From Candidatus Poribacteria bacterium (GTDB lineage Bacteria; Poribacteria; WGA-4E; WGA-3G), in contig CBDHCS010000005.1 in NCBI GenBank assembly GCA_965261125.1, forward strand, positions 4,902-68,901: a stretch of 64,000 nucleotides of DNA. The letters run 5' to 3'. Below the pieces are notes generated by a model. It made no database searches. It saw only the letters and a list, made by a program, of their open reading frames with translations, and was not told the DNA's origin. Within the stretch, counting starts at the first letter, position 1; every line of letters begins with the position of its first letter. Of the stretch, positions 9,940 through 20,354 are shown piece after piece. A program made the translations under genes and the position numbers.

Positions 9940-10671
9940 TTACCCACGTCCAACATAGAGTTGTCCAACGGGTAACACCGTTGCCTCTAACATATTGATA
10001 TTAGGTGGCAGCGTTGCCATGAGGACAGCAGCTTTAGCAAGTTCGTCAACATCCATCATCGGCTCAGACGGAGGAAATGGATGGTTCTGAATTCGTTCAA
10101 CATAAGTATTGCCGGGTTGCAAGCAGCTCGCCGTAATACCGTGGGCTCTACCTTCCAATGCTATTACCTGCGTCAATCCCCATATCCCGAATTTACTTGC
10201 ACTATAAGGCGCGCTACGTGGACGCACACGGTGTGCAGAGATACTACCGATATTGATAATACGTCCGCCTTCACCTTGTGCTTTCATAATCCGTATCGCT
10301 TCACGCGAGCAGAGAAACGGTGCACGGAGATTCACACCTATCACCTTATCCCATGCTTCCGTTGAAAGTTCGTCAATCGGACCGCCATCAAACGAACCAG
10401 CATTGTTAACAAGGATGTCTAAGCGTTCATATTCAGCCATCGCTTTTTCAAAGAGGACCTTAATTTGTTCCTCATCAGTAACATCAGTCGAGACAGCAAG
10501 AACTTTAACATTCATTTCGCGTAGTTCATTAGCAGTTTGCGAAAGCTGTTCAGCATTCCTTGCGGCAATAGTCAGACTTGCGCCTTCCGCAGCAAACCCT
10601 TTCGCTATGCCTTTCCCAATTCCTCTATTGCCCCCAGTAACAATTGCAACCTTTCCTTCTAATTGACCCAT
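9940..10671 (-). CDS. SDR-family short-chain dehydrogenase/reductase
   Basis: TGGNRGIGKGIA cofactor motif and YSASK catalytic motif. Its start overlaps the stop of the upstream gene (TAATG). Confidence 0.85.
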   Translation of the reverse strand: MGQLEGKVAIVTGGNRGIGKGIAKGFAAEGASLTIAARNAEQLSQTANELREMNVKVLAVSTDVTDEEQIKVLFEKAMAEYERLDILVNNAGSFDGGPIDELSTEAWDKVIGVNLRAPFLCSREAIRIMKAQGEGGRIINIGSISAHRVRPRSAPYSASKFGIWGLTQVIALEGRAHGITASCLQPGNTYVERIQNHPFPPSEPMMDVDELAKAAVLMATLPPNINMLEATVLPVGQLYVGRG

Positions 10672-11391
10672 TACGGATTCTCCTTTAACAATTCTAATAA
10701 CAAACTTTCTGTTCTAATTGCTTGCACCTTATTTCCTGCAAGGCGCATTGCAGCGAGATGTGCATGTAAAAATGCTAAATCTTCAGGTGTATCTACGTCG
10801 TACCAAGGGGGTAGAAGCTTGAGCGTAGCTTCTACGGTCTGAATACGTTTTACTGTCTGTTGAAAAACCTGCGGCGTACTCCACGCAATTTCCTCAAAGA
10901 TAAACGGAACTATTTTATTGAGATTTTCTATTGAAAAACCGATAAGATAATAACCGCCATCTACACTTGGACCAATAACAATATCGCGCGAGTCGAGACC
11001 TGCAACCGCTTCAAGAATATATGAAAGGGGAAGTGTCGGACTGTCGGAACCGACCAGTAAAATCTTTTCATATCCATTTTCGGATGCCCATTGCGTGGCA
11101 GAAGTAAGACGCACGCCCCAAATCTACGCCTGTTTGTGGAATGTAGGTAACATCGTTCCCAATTAACGCTTGTAAATCGCTTTGACTCTCTGGCGGCGTA
11201 TATGTGATAACCAAATCTATATTCGGGAGTTCAGCAAGGTTTTGGCACCAATCCAGGAGAAAAGCACGATATAACGATGCCGCTTGCTCTGGAGATAATA
11301 TTGGAAGTAGCCGCGTTTTTACCTGATTCGGGATCGGGTTTTTCGCGAAGACAATTAGACATGGACTCGATTCAGTATTCATCTGATGCAT
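10671..11391 (-). pseudogene. DUF2064 / TIGR04282-type glycosyltransferase-like gene split by a frameshift near 11105..11115
   Basis: ORFs 11068..11391 and 10671..11114 are consecutive parts of one family in different frames. The break is at a CCCC run. Confidence 0.5.
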
Positions 11392-11859
11392 CTCTCGTTT
11401 TAATAAACTTAAACAAGTTCACGCACCTCCAATTTATCAGATAACCGGGCAAAACGTCAACATAGAGTTGGATGTGTAAAGTTTTGGTTATATAATCTAA
11501 GTTGCCACATAGTAGCACAATTTGTTAGATTGTGTCTGTAAGGGCACAAACTAACAGATTGTGGGACAACTACTGTTATCCGCTATATTTCCGAAACAAG
11601 TTTATGAAAATGACCAATAACCTGAAAGTTCGCTGTATTAGGATAGGATACCATTTTTTATTATTCCCCCGCAACATCTCTGAACATCAGTGTTTCTACA
11701 AAAACTTTACACACTCCCTCTCAGGGTTATTTATAGTAAAGCCCATAATTATTTGGACACTTTTGTCCTTGTCCGCTCTCCCCCCGCTTGCGGGGGGTTG
11801 GGGGGCGGGATAAAGGAATATTTTCGTGTGTCCACTTAATTGTCGATTCTACTATAATG

Positions 11860-12250
11860 GGACACTTCTGTATCGCACCCTGTATGAAGATTAATTTATT
11901 AATTCGGTAATTTTCTATCCGTACGAGGCAAGTGTACTCCCCCGCTGGCGAGGCGGGGAATGCCTAAAGACGAATGCGCCTATGGCATTCGCCATGATTC
12001 ATACCCGGGGAATGCCAAAAGGCATTCATACCGTTGATTTCTTGATTTCTTCCTAACCTCGCCCAATTACCGAAATATTTTCTTAATCTTCATTTAGGTT
12101 GCGGACTCAGATGCACAACCTAAATGAAGATTAAGTTTTTAATTGGGTAATTATAATTTACTCCAAACCCCGGTAGGTGCGGTTTCCTAACCAATATATC
12201 TCCACGAATTACCTAATTTATTTTTTTATCTTCATATAGGTTGTGCTACA
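11860..12250. repeat. Composite family-D MITE (about 250 bp, long TIRs of the form TATGAAGATTAAtttattAATTCGGTAATT ... AATTACCGAAATATTttCTTAATCTTCATtTAGGTTG) plus extra solo TIR copies
   Basis: Internal GGAATGCC..GGCATTCC palindromes. The same architecture recurs at 24444, 37389, 43018 and 49570. Confidence 0.7.
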
Positions 12251-12384
12251 ACTTCTCTTGTCCGTTATGTTTCTGAAATAGGTTTATGAAGTTGAGATCG
12301 GTATTTGATTAGTTTTGTCGCTGACACCTTGCTGCGTGAGGGTAACGCCTAACTCATGAGAAACGACAGAGAGCAAGTGGCTTG

Positions 12385-12750
12385 TTAGCGCACCCCACTT
12401 TTTCGTGAGGCACGCATCGTTTTGCCATCTATAGCAACTGCGTCAAGACATCTTGTCAAATCGGGACAGCTTTCTATCATGATGTGGACCCATTGTGTCA
12501 GGGTTTCTTCTAATACCACAACATTTAATCTTTTCAATAGATTATGAATAGTTGCAGCACAAGGTGTTTTCTTGTGTGTCCATCCGAGTGCTTTTGCGAG
12601 TTTCGGTTGGGTTCGTGCCTAAGTTGCGATGGAGGTATACCCTTTATGTCCACACATCAATCCGATAACGATAAGGGCAAGAATGGATTTCAACGGATGT
12701 CGTCTTCCTTTATTCTTGCGTAGGTCTTCAAGTTTTGCTAACATATTCAT
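12385..12750 (-). mobile_element. Relic of an ISAs1-family (H-repeat) transposase, N-terminal third only, with an in-frame TAG
   Basis: The minus-strand translation MNMLAKLEDLRKNKGRRHPLKSILALIVIGLMCGHKGYTSIAT*ARTQPKLAKALGWTHKKTPCAATIHNLLKRL...AIDGKTMRASRK matches the ISAs1 N-terminal pattern (RHPL..IL...I.A.L.G; AIDGKT.R.S). Confidence 0.5.
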
Positions 12751-13023
12751 CAAGTGGCAAGATATTCTTCTTGTCATTGTTCACCTCAAAATAGGTAGTT
12801 TTAAGGTGAAGTATAGCAGGTATGGTGTCCAAAATCACGCTATATCTGCTTTTCATAAATAATAACAAATGTGATAAAATCTACCCGAAAAACCTAAAAC
12901 TAAATAACCCCGCGTGAAGATAGAAAGAGTTGAAAAAAGTTAGCAGATTTGATAAGCTGCGTTTGCATAGGATAGCCTCCTAATGCATAATGAGTCCTCA
13001 GTTTTTATCAATTAGGATGATGT

Positions 13024-13166
13024 CTTACTGGTTTACTCGCTAAACATTTATTATATACAAACTTACGTAATAGGTTCAAAAGCCTTCTCCCCTCGCTTGC
13101 GGGGGGATAAAGGGGGGTGTATTTACGGAATTCGAAACACAAAAACTTACCGAGTGAACCACTTAC
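13024..13166. repeat. MITE-like element, family B copy 1 (TIRs TAAGTGGTTnACTCG / CGAGTnAACCACTTA; shares the GCGGGGGGATAAAGGGGGG core with family A)
   Basis: Also present at 22588, 26218 and 26421. Confidence 0.7.
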
Positions 13167-13317
13167 GCTAAATGTCAAGCGAAATCTTCAAAACAAAACG
13201 CATTTTCATAATTCACCATATCGATTGAATTGAAAAGTTGTTAGCTTGTGTTATTGTACCGATATTTAGAACTTATCTGTAAACAGGTATAGAAATTTTC
13301 CGACAAAGGAGAAATCA

Positions 13318-14473
13318 ATGGAAAGATACCGAGTTGCTATTTTGGGTTGTAGAGGACGTGGAACAGCAGCTGCACGTGCATATCACGCGCACCCACGCAC
13401 CAAAATTGTTGGGCTTTGCGATTTGATTGAAGAAAGACGCAGAACATTAGGCGATGAAGTCAACGTAACAGCACAGTTCGCCGATCTTGATGAGATGATT
13501 CAACAAACGTCACCTGATATCGTTGCGATACCTACTGGTACTGAGTTTCACTACGATTTGTGTATGCGTGTTTTAGAACACGGCGTGCACATTGAAGTGG
13601 AAAAACCGATGTGTGTTGATCTTATGGAAGCTGATGCTGTGATAGCAAAGGCTGAGGAAAAAGGAGTGCAGGTAGCTGTGCATCATCAAGGGAGAGTTGG
13701 AGCATCTATGCAAGCGATTGCGCATGCCTTCAATGCCGGCAAAATTGGTGAATTGCGCTATATGTACGGCAGTGGAAAAGGATACTACGGTGGTTATGGC
13801 TTGATGAATATCGGCACGCATATGCTCAATAACATGCTACATTTTGGGAAGCGATGTGAAAACGTTGTCGCACAATTGACAACCGGCGGAAAGCCAATCA
13901 CACCCTATGACGTTGCCCCATCACCAAGTGGCATGGGAACTATTGCAGGTGAATATATCACGGCAACGATGCAGTATGAAGGCAACGTTACCGGCACATT
14001 ACTGCAACACCGTTTCGGCAAGATGGACACCAACGCTTATGCTATGGAACTCTTTGGCACCGAAGGCAGACTCTTTTGGAAAAAGCGGTGGTGCATGGCA
14101 CTTACCAACTCCACATTACCTTCCCGATGGCACAAACGACAAGTGGGAAACGCTGGAACTTATCTACCCTGACCACTATGACCCGAAAAGCAGTGCGGCT
14201 GAAGCCGATTACTGGTTTGTTGAGGAATATATCAATGCTTTAAATGAAGGTAGAGCACATACCTGCAGCGGTTATGCCGGACGACATATCATTGAGATGA
14301 TGATGGGCATCTTTGAATCTGCAGCTTATGGCATACGTGTGAATCTTCCCCAGAAAAACCGAAAACATCCATTACTACGGTGGCGTGAGGAATCAGGATT
14401 ACAACCACCAACAGAAATGCCACGCGGTTACGGTGAGTGGTTAACGTTGGAATCTAAGCGAATCCGTCAATGA
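13318..14473 (+). pseudogene. Gfo/Idh/MocA-family oxidoreductase interrupted by a frameshift near 14078..14090 (A5 run)
   Basis: ORFs 13318..14172 and 13907..14473 carry the N-terminal Rossmann part and the C-terminal family part in different frames. Confidence 0.6.
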
Positions 14474-14634
14474 AATCGTGTAGTAGCTGCGGTTTCCTAA
14501 CCGAACTAAATACTTTACACCTATTTTTCTACTATTGACAATTTAGTGGCGCTACGTTACAATAACAACTACTCGTAAAACAGTTGTTTAAAGAAGCGGA
14601 ACAGCAAGCAGTATAAAAATTACAAGGGGACAAA

Positions 14635-15462
14635 ATGAAGTTCAAACGCGAAGAAATTTTAACGCATTTACGCAACAACATTGATGCAGGCAAACCCATC
14701 ATCGGCGCAGGAGCAGGGACCGGTATTTCTGCGAAATGTGAGGAAGCTGGCGGCATCGACTTGATTATCATATACAATTCCGGCAGATTCCGAATGGCAG
14801 GCAGAGGTTCACTCGCAGGCATGATGCCTTACGGAGACGCAAACCAAATTGTCGTTGAGATGGCAAGCGAAGTGCTCCCTGTTGTCAAAAATACGCCTGT
14901 CTTAGCGGGTGTCTGCGGGACCGACCCCTTTCGTTTGATGGATATATTTTTAGCGCAAATAGATGCTGTCGGATTTTCCGGTGTACAGAACTTTCCAACA
15001 GTCGGATTGATTGATGGCACATTCCGCCAACTCCTTGAAGAAACCGATATGGGATACGGCCCCGAAGTGGAAATGATTCGCACAGCACACCAGATGGGTT
15101 TGCTTACCACACCGTATGCATTTAACGAATCTGAGGCTGAACAGATGGCAGATGCAGGGGCAGATATTCTCGTCGCGCACATGGGACTTACGACGAAAGG
15201 TTCTATTGGAGCAAAAACTGCTTTTACGCTTGAAGATGCTGCAAAACGGGTGCAAGCCATCCATGACGCTGCAAAAGGTGTTAACCCTGAAATCCTTGTA
15301 ATCTGCCACGGTGGCCCAATCGCTGAACCTGAAGATGCCACCTACGTCCTTGAAAACACCAAAGGCGTTGTCGGATTTTATGGTGCGTCAAGCGCTGAAC
15401 GCCTCCCGACAGAACGTGCAATTACGGAACAAATTGAAGCTTTTAAAAAAATAAAGTTATAG
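14635..15462 (+). CDS. Phosphoenolpyruvate-hydrolase-like TIM-barrel protein (PF09370-type; usual partner of UPF0261 proteins)
   Basis: 275 aa. [49 protein letters not shown] is characteristic of this family. Confidence 0.55.
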   Translation: MKFKREEILTHLRNNIDAGKPIIGAGAGTGISAKCEEAGGIDLIIIYNSGRFRMAGRGSLAGMMPYGDANQIVVEMASEVLPVVKNTPVLAGVCGTDPFRLMDIFLAQIDAVGFSGVQNFPTVGLIDGTFRQLLEETDMGYGPEVEMIRTAHQMGLLTTPYAFNESEAEQMADAGADILVAHMGLTTKGSIGAKTAFTLEDAAKRVQAIHDAAKGVNPEILVICHGGPIAEPEDATYVLENTKGVVGFYGASSAERLPTERAITEQIEAFKKIKL

Positions 15463-15565
15463 GACTCAATACCTTCGCCAATTATATTGAAAGGAATTTT
15501 ATTTGCGAAGTCTCGCAAACATCACAGAAAAATTAGATATAAACATATTTTGGGAGTAGTAATTT

Positions 15566-17059
15566 ATGGCAGAAACGAATGAACGTGTTGACGGCGGCAC
15601 ACTTCCCGATTGGGAAGTCGCTGAATTACCAGCACCGCCACGATATAAATTTGGTAGAGCGTTTAGAAGTATCTTAGGACCAGGAATCATAGCACTTGGT
15701 GCTTCAATCGGCAGTGGGGAGTGGTTACTGGGGCCTAAAATTACGGCACAATATGGTGGCACGCTACTCTGGATTGCGACTATAGCAATCGTACTTCAAG
15801 CAGTTCTAAACACGGAAGCAATCCGTTACACCCTTTACACCGGCGAACCGATGCTTAGTGGATATATGCGTAGTAAACCGGGACCACGGTTCTGGGCTAT
15901 TTTCTATTCAAGTATAGATTTTTTCGCCATTTGGCCTGGATGGGCGATGGCAGCTGCGACCGCGCTTGCTGCTGCATGGCTGGGGTTTATGCCCACAGAT
16001 GCTGAGCAGAACACTGTTCGCATCTTTGCATATCTCATCTTTTTCGGTTGTCTTGCCATTGTCATGTTTGGTGGAAAAATTTACAACGCACTTGAAAAAG
16101 TGTTACTCTTCATGGTTGTTTGGATTATAGGATATTTGGTAATCGTAGACGTGTTTATGGTACCGCTAAATGTGTGGTGGGCCGTCATAAAAGGTTTCTT
16201 TAGTTTTGGTGTATTGCCACCAGATGTACGTTCAGAAGACTTTGATTGGTTGTTACTCGGTGCGTTTGCTGCTTATGCAGGAAGTGGGGGTTTAGGCAAT
16301 ATCACGATTTCTAATTACGTCCGCGATAAAGGATGGGGCATGAGTAGCCTGGTGGGGGCAATTCCATCTATCATCGGCGGAAAAAACGTCAAGCTATCTC
16401 ACCTGGGGAAAGTGTTTCGCATCAGTCCTGAAAACCTTGAACGTTTTCGTGAATGGTGGAAATATGTCCGATTTGAACAGTACTATATCTGGGTGATCGG
16501 TTGTTTTATCGGTTTAGCACTTCCTGCAATGTTAACATTGGCTTATCCACCTGAAGAAATAATGAATGATTGGTCTGCTGCAGCATACCAAGCAGATGGC
16601 CTTGCAGCTAAAGGTGGTAGAATCATGTGGTACCTCACACTGTTATGTGGGTTTTGGGTGCTTTTCTCAACACAACTCGGCAGTGTGGACGGCGTTCCAC
16701 GACGGTTTACAGATATTATTTGGACAGGTTTCAAAAGCGCCCGAAAAATGGGTGACCACAACGCAAAATGGATATACTATCCGATTCTCATCGTCTATAT
16801 CCTGTGGGGTGTTATTGCAATGTATTTGGCAAAACCGTTACTAATGATAATAGTATCCGCAACGGTGGGCGGTTATCAACTTGTGATTTGTGCACTTCAC
16901 ACATTATATGTTAACCGAAAATTCTTGCCGAAAGAGATACAACCCCCGATATGGAAACAGATAGGTCTGCTGTTGTGTGCGGGGTTCTATTCTATTTTCG
17001 GAACAATTACGGTTTACCAAAAAGTACTTGAGCCTTATATTTTACCGATTTTTCAGTAA
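15566..17059 (+). CDS. mntH: Nramp-family divalent metal (Mn2+/Fe2+) transporter
   Basis: 497 aa polytopic membrane protein with the N-terminal Nramp signature region (GPGIIALGASIGSGEW). Confidence 0.75.
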   Translation: MAETNERVDGGTLPDWEVAELPAPPRYKFGRAFRSILGPGIIALGASIGSGEWLLGPKITAQYGGTLLWIATIAIVLQAVLNTEAIRYTLYTGEPMLSGYMRSKPGPRFWAIFYSSIDFFAIWPGWAMAAATALAAAWLGFMPTDAEQNTVRIFAYLIFFGCLAIVMFGGKIYNALEKVLLFMVVWIIGYLVIVDVFMVPLNVWWAVIKGFFSFGVLPPDVRSEDFDWLLLGAFAAYAGSGGLGNITISNYVRDKGWGMSSLVGAIPSIIGGKNVKLSHLGKVFRISPENLERFREWWKYVRFEQYYIWVIGCFIGLALPAMLTLAYPPEEIMNDWSAAAYQADGLAAKGGRIMWYLTLLCGFWVLFSTQLGSVDGVPRRFTDIIWTGFKSARKMGDHNAKWIYYPILIVYILWGVIAMYLAKPLLMIIVSATVGGYQLVICALHTLYVNRKFLPKEIQPPIWKQIGLLLCAGFYSIFGTITVYQKVLEPYILPIFQ

Positions 17060-17149
17060 TGGCAACTTGTTTCAAAACAGCTTGCCCATAAAGGCATGAA
17101 TTACGTGAGGATGTGCATAAAGTGGTTTCCTAACCACACTTTATACATC

Positions 17150-17309
17150 CAGGACTTACGCATTCCCCACGCTTGCTATTCTTAGCCCCTCGCTTGCGGG
17201 GGGTTGGGGGGATAAAGGGGGTAAAACCTTGAAAAGGACAAAAATCAGGGTTAAAATCCGTGAAAGGACAAAATTCTAAACAGGGATACTTGAATTTGCG
17301 TAAGTCCTG
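17150..17309. repeat. MITE-like element, family A copy 3 (carries a 21-bp internal duplication CGCTTGCTATTCTTAGCCCCT)
   Basis: TIRs CAGGACTTACGCA / TGCGTAAGTCCTG. Confidence 0.8.
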
Positions 17310-17345
17310 ACATCAATTTAAGAAATTATTGAAAGGAGAACAGTA

Positions 17346-18659
17346 TTGAAACAAAAGATTATTAGGGCATTTCTATCGTTGTTAACACTTCCGATTGTTG
17401 TTGTGATGAGCATTACCTTTATGATGATTGTTGGTTGCGATGAAGGAATGAATATGATTGATCCGGTGATAACAGAGCCGGGAGAGGAACCAATGACGCC
17501 TGACGGTCCGATAACGACTAATGGCGATATGAAACAACCGCCGGAAGAAATTCCTGGCGACAACAAAAATCTCGGATCAGAACAGCCGGAACTAACACCG
17601 GAACCGGATCCCGAGAAACCAGAGACATCGGAACCAACGTCAACCGTGACAATTACCGCGGTGACGCAGGCGAGTGACACATCAGTCACCGTCTCCGGTA
17701 CGAGCACCAATATCCCCGAAAGGGCGAAAGTAACTATCGTGCTGGGCGATGGCGCCATCACCGTGAAGGCAGTCGTTACTAAAGACGGCACCTGGACAAC
17801 AACCGTGCCTGCTAAAAAGACAGCACGGCTCAGCCCGGGAACCATAATGGTGAAAGCAACCGCGAAAAAGGTAACAGCCAAAAGCTCGTTTGAGATTGCG
17901 CCGCCGCCAGAACCGACACTGACGATTGACACCGTGGTACAAGCAGACGATGGCTCAGTCACCGTCTCTGGTACGAGCACTGAGATGCCTACAGGAGAAA
18001 CAGTAACCGTCACGTTCGCCGGTACTCTCATCGTGACAGCCACTGTTGACAACACCGGTGCCTGGACAGCGATGCTCGCCGGCACGAAAGCGGCGAATCT
18101 CGTCGTAGGGACTGTAGGGGTGAAAGCCGCCGCAGGCGCAGCAACGGCAGCAAGCTCATTTGAGAACAACCCGCCTGATCTGGCACACGGCATTCCTGTT
18201 TCTACGGATGTGGAACGCATCAAGATAAACATCGTTGCTGATGTCTACGGAGCGGATGATCCGCATTTCCAAGAGACATATCAACGACTTGATGCAGAAT
18301 ACGGCTCATTCTTTGATTTGGAGACCGAAGAAGGACAGGCGTATTTTCGCAAATTTGTTGTGTACAGATACAAAAACATAGGACTTGGAAACAGGGTTCC
18401 TGACGCTGATGAAAGGTGGGCATTGCGAGACCAATACTTTGAGGAGGCCTATGGCTTCTCTGCTGATTTCGCAAGGTGGTTGGTCTTTGAAATCTACCTC
18501 AAAGAAACCGGAGAGAAAATCACCGGGCTTTGGCAGAAAAACGGTATTGCCATGGAATACCTGCTACTCCAGATAGCCAATCCGGATGCGACCGAGGAAG
18601 AACTTTTGGAACTCCTGCGAGAATCCATTAGGGCGGGAAATGTGAGTATTGCTTTCTAA
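17346..18659 (+). CDS. Lipoprotein with two tandem Ig-like repeats of about 85 aa and a C-terminal domain of unknown function
   Basis: TTG start with an AAAGGAG RBS. Signal peptide with lipobox MMIVGC. Two near-identical modules (TVSGTST...TVKA...TAKSSFE), roughly 17640..18165. Confidence 0.6.
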   Translation: MKQKIIRAFLSLLTLPIVVVMSITFMMIVGCDEGMNMIDPVITEPGEEPMTPDGPITTNGDMKQPPEEIPGDNKNLGSEQPELTPEPDPEKPETSEPTSTVTITAVTQASDTSVTVSGTSTNIPERAKVTIVLGDGAITVKAVVTKDGTWTTTVPAKKTARLSPGTIMVKATAKKVTAKSSFEIAPPPEPTLTIDTVVQADDGSVTVSGTSTEMPTGETVTVTFAGTLIVTATVDNTGAWTAMLAGTKAANLVVGTVGVKAAAGAATAASSFENNPPDLAHGIPVSTDVERIKINIVADVYGADDPHFQETYQRLDAEYGSFFDLETEEGQAYFRKFVVYRYKNIGLGNRVPDADERWALRDQYFEEAYGFSADFARWLVFEIYLKETGEKITGLWQKNGIAMEYLLLQIANPDATEEELLELLRESIRAGNVSIAF

Positions 18660-18681
18660 ATTATTCTTCAACTATACATAG

Positions 18682-18714
18682 CGACCTACAAAATTGTAGG
18701 TCGTTATTTCTTTT
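18682..18714 (+). terminator. Rho-independent terminator between convergent genes
   Basis: Hairpin CGACCTACA-aaat-TGTAGGTCG followed by TTATTTCTTTT. Confidence 0.6.
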
Positions 18715-18753
18715 ACCAAGAACTGTCACTCGTATCACATAGTGCTGTGCCTC

Positions 18754-20037
18754 TTACTTGCAGATACCGCCGGCTTTGAAATCACATTCCTGAGGATAAG
18801 TGCAATGATTGTCATGGTAGCATTCTACACAAAAGCCAAATGCACAAGTTGGTGTAGAACCAGAGCAATCAGAATTAGATGAACACTCGGTAAAACAATG
18901 GGTTCCAAAAAGATTGTCTGCGCTGCACGACATTCCTGAACCGCAAGATTCTTGTACTTCCGCTTGACAACTGGAAGAAACATCCACTACAGCAGTATTA
19001 TCACTATTACATATAACCCCTGAATTACAACAATATGGTTTGTCATTGGTACTATCATCCGCACCGCCAAAAGCACCATCACAAGTCCAGGAAACATCAT
19101 CGTCGTATTGGTCGGTGGTATAACAAGTGGCAGCACTGTTAGTACCCTCGTCGCAGCCGCTTGCCTGCACTGTCCTGTCAGCACTGCCGACCGTCACCGT
19201 CCCAGAGCCGCTTGCGGTATCCGATCCGCAAATTTTGTTGTCAAGCTCACAAGTTACACCAACTGAACCACTATGGTAGTCTGAATCCAAACTTGTGGGT
19301 CTGTAGTAATAATAATCTGTTTCACCTGAAGCGTTTGTAGCAGTGTACCGGTAAGAGCAGAAATGGTAACAACCAAGGAAAGTGGCGTTAGCACAAATAC
19401 AGCTGGAAGAAAATGAAGTACACTCCTCATAAACGTCAGATTGAGTCGCTTGGGCATAATCAACACACCAAAATCCTCCACCGCAGTCTGCGCCTGTTGA
19501 GCAGGAATTCCCAAAACTAAAACTGTAGTAACCTATGCTCTGTGGTGCCGCATTGCCACACTTTCGATTAGCAGGAGGAACCACACAAGAGCCGTTAGCA
19601 TCAACACCAACAATCTTAGCACCTTCTTGATAATCGTAATAACTACTCATGCTCACCATGGTACCGGAACTGTTTTTATAGAAATAACTTATTACAGGAG
19701 ATGAATAATCATCACACCAAGAAGAATAATCATCATCAACAATGTTTGTCCCTGCGGTTGTGGCGAGACAAGACACACAAGAATTACTACTCTGCGACCA
19801 AGAGCCATTACTGCAGGTGTAAGAGCAGGAACCGGTATAGCCGGTGGCACAAGTGCCGCTCGAAGAGCCGCTTGCGGTGGCAGCGAGGGAACAGTTTGAA
19901 ATTGTTTGCGCAGTGCAGGAGGAAGGGGTGGGGGTGGGGGTGGGGGTGGGAGTAGAAGGTGCAGCAGGCGTACAGGTCACACTACTGTCTATTTTTTCAT
20001 CAGAAGTGTCCAAAAAATAGGCAATTTCACCAAACAA
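18754..20037 (-). CDS. Cysteine-rich (about 15% Cys), Ser/Gly/Tyr/Asp-rich protein with a (PT)5 linker. No recognisable signal peptide
   Basis: 427 aa ORF from a TTG start. There is no in-frame ATG or hydrophobic leader upstream before a stop. Knottin/EGF-like Cys spacing appears at the C-terminus (CSSNSDCSGSTPTCAFGFCVECYHDNHC). Confidence 0.55.
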   Translation of the reverse strand: MFGEIAYFLDTSDEKIDSSVTCTPAAPSTPTPTPTPTPSSCTAQTISNCSLAATASGSSSGTCATGYTGSCSYTCSNGSWSQSSNSCVSCLATTAGTNIVDDDYSSWCDDYSSPVISYFYKNSSGTMVSMSSYYDYQEGAKIVGVDANGSCVVPPANRKCGNAAPQSIGYYSFSFGNSCSTGADCGGGFWCVDYAQATQSDVYEECTSFSSSCICANATFLGCYHFCSYRYTATNASGETDYYYYRPTSLDSDYHSGSVGVTCELDNKICGSDTASGSGTVTVGSADRTVQASGCDEGTNSAATCYTTDQYDDDVSWTCDGAFGGADDSTNDKPYCCNSGVICNSDNTAVVDVSSSCQAEVQESCGSGMSCSADNLFGTHCFTECSSNSDCSGSTPTCAFGFCVECYHDNHCTYPQECDFKAGGICK

Positions 20038-20230
20038 ACCGCCAAAAACAACCCTTTTCCGTTGGCATAAAAATTGCTTAACGTTAGATATGCCTCCTTA
20101 GGTGAGTCGGAACTACAATCTCTGCAAAGCAAAATTGCATGCGTTAGGTTAAGATCCCTGATATTTCTCAACCATTTAGAGATAGAGTTTCCGACTCTTT
20201 TTTATCCCCAAACAGACATCCTATATTCAA

Positions 20231-20354
20231 CAGGACGGACGCATTCCCCTCGCTTGCTATTCTTAGCCCCTCGCTTGCGGGGGGTTGGGGGGTCGGGATA
20301 AAGGAGGGTGTATTAGAGTATTCAAAACACAAAAACGGACCGAGTAAACCACTA
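20231..20354. repeat. Chimeric A/B-family element (A-type 5' TIR CAGGACGGACGCA, B-type 3' end CGAGTAAACCACTA) that abuts the thrC stop codon
   Basis: The last 3 nt of the element (cta) form the thrC TAG stop on the minus strand. Confidence 0.65.

Noticed and set aside
11532-11813. 93-aa plus-strand ORF
   Set aside because: It runs through the GTAGCACAATTTGTTAGATTGTG motif and a family-A core fragment. This is repeat-derived sequence, not a gene.
12629-12862. 77-aa plus-strand ORF in the 12.3-12.9 kb gap
   Set aside because: It overlaps the better-supported minus-strand ISAs1 relic and shows no coding signal.
15463-15565. Possible Mn riboswitch (yybP-ykoY) upstream of the Nramp transporter
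   Set aside because: The leader is only about 100 nt, AT-rich, and lacks the conserved paired helices of that riboswitch.
17318-18232. 304-aa minus-strand ORF overlapping the lipoprotein gene
   Set aside because: Low-complexity Ala/Thr/Val-rich translation with no RBS. The plus-strand gene has an RBS, a lipobox and tandem domain repeats.
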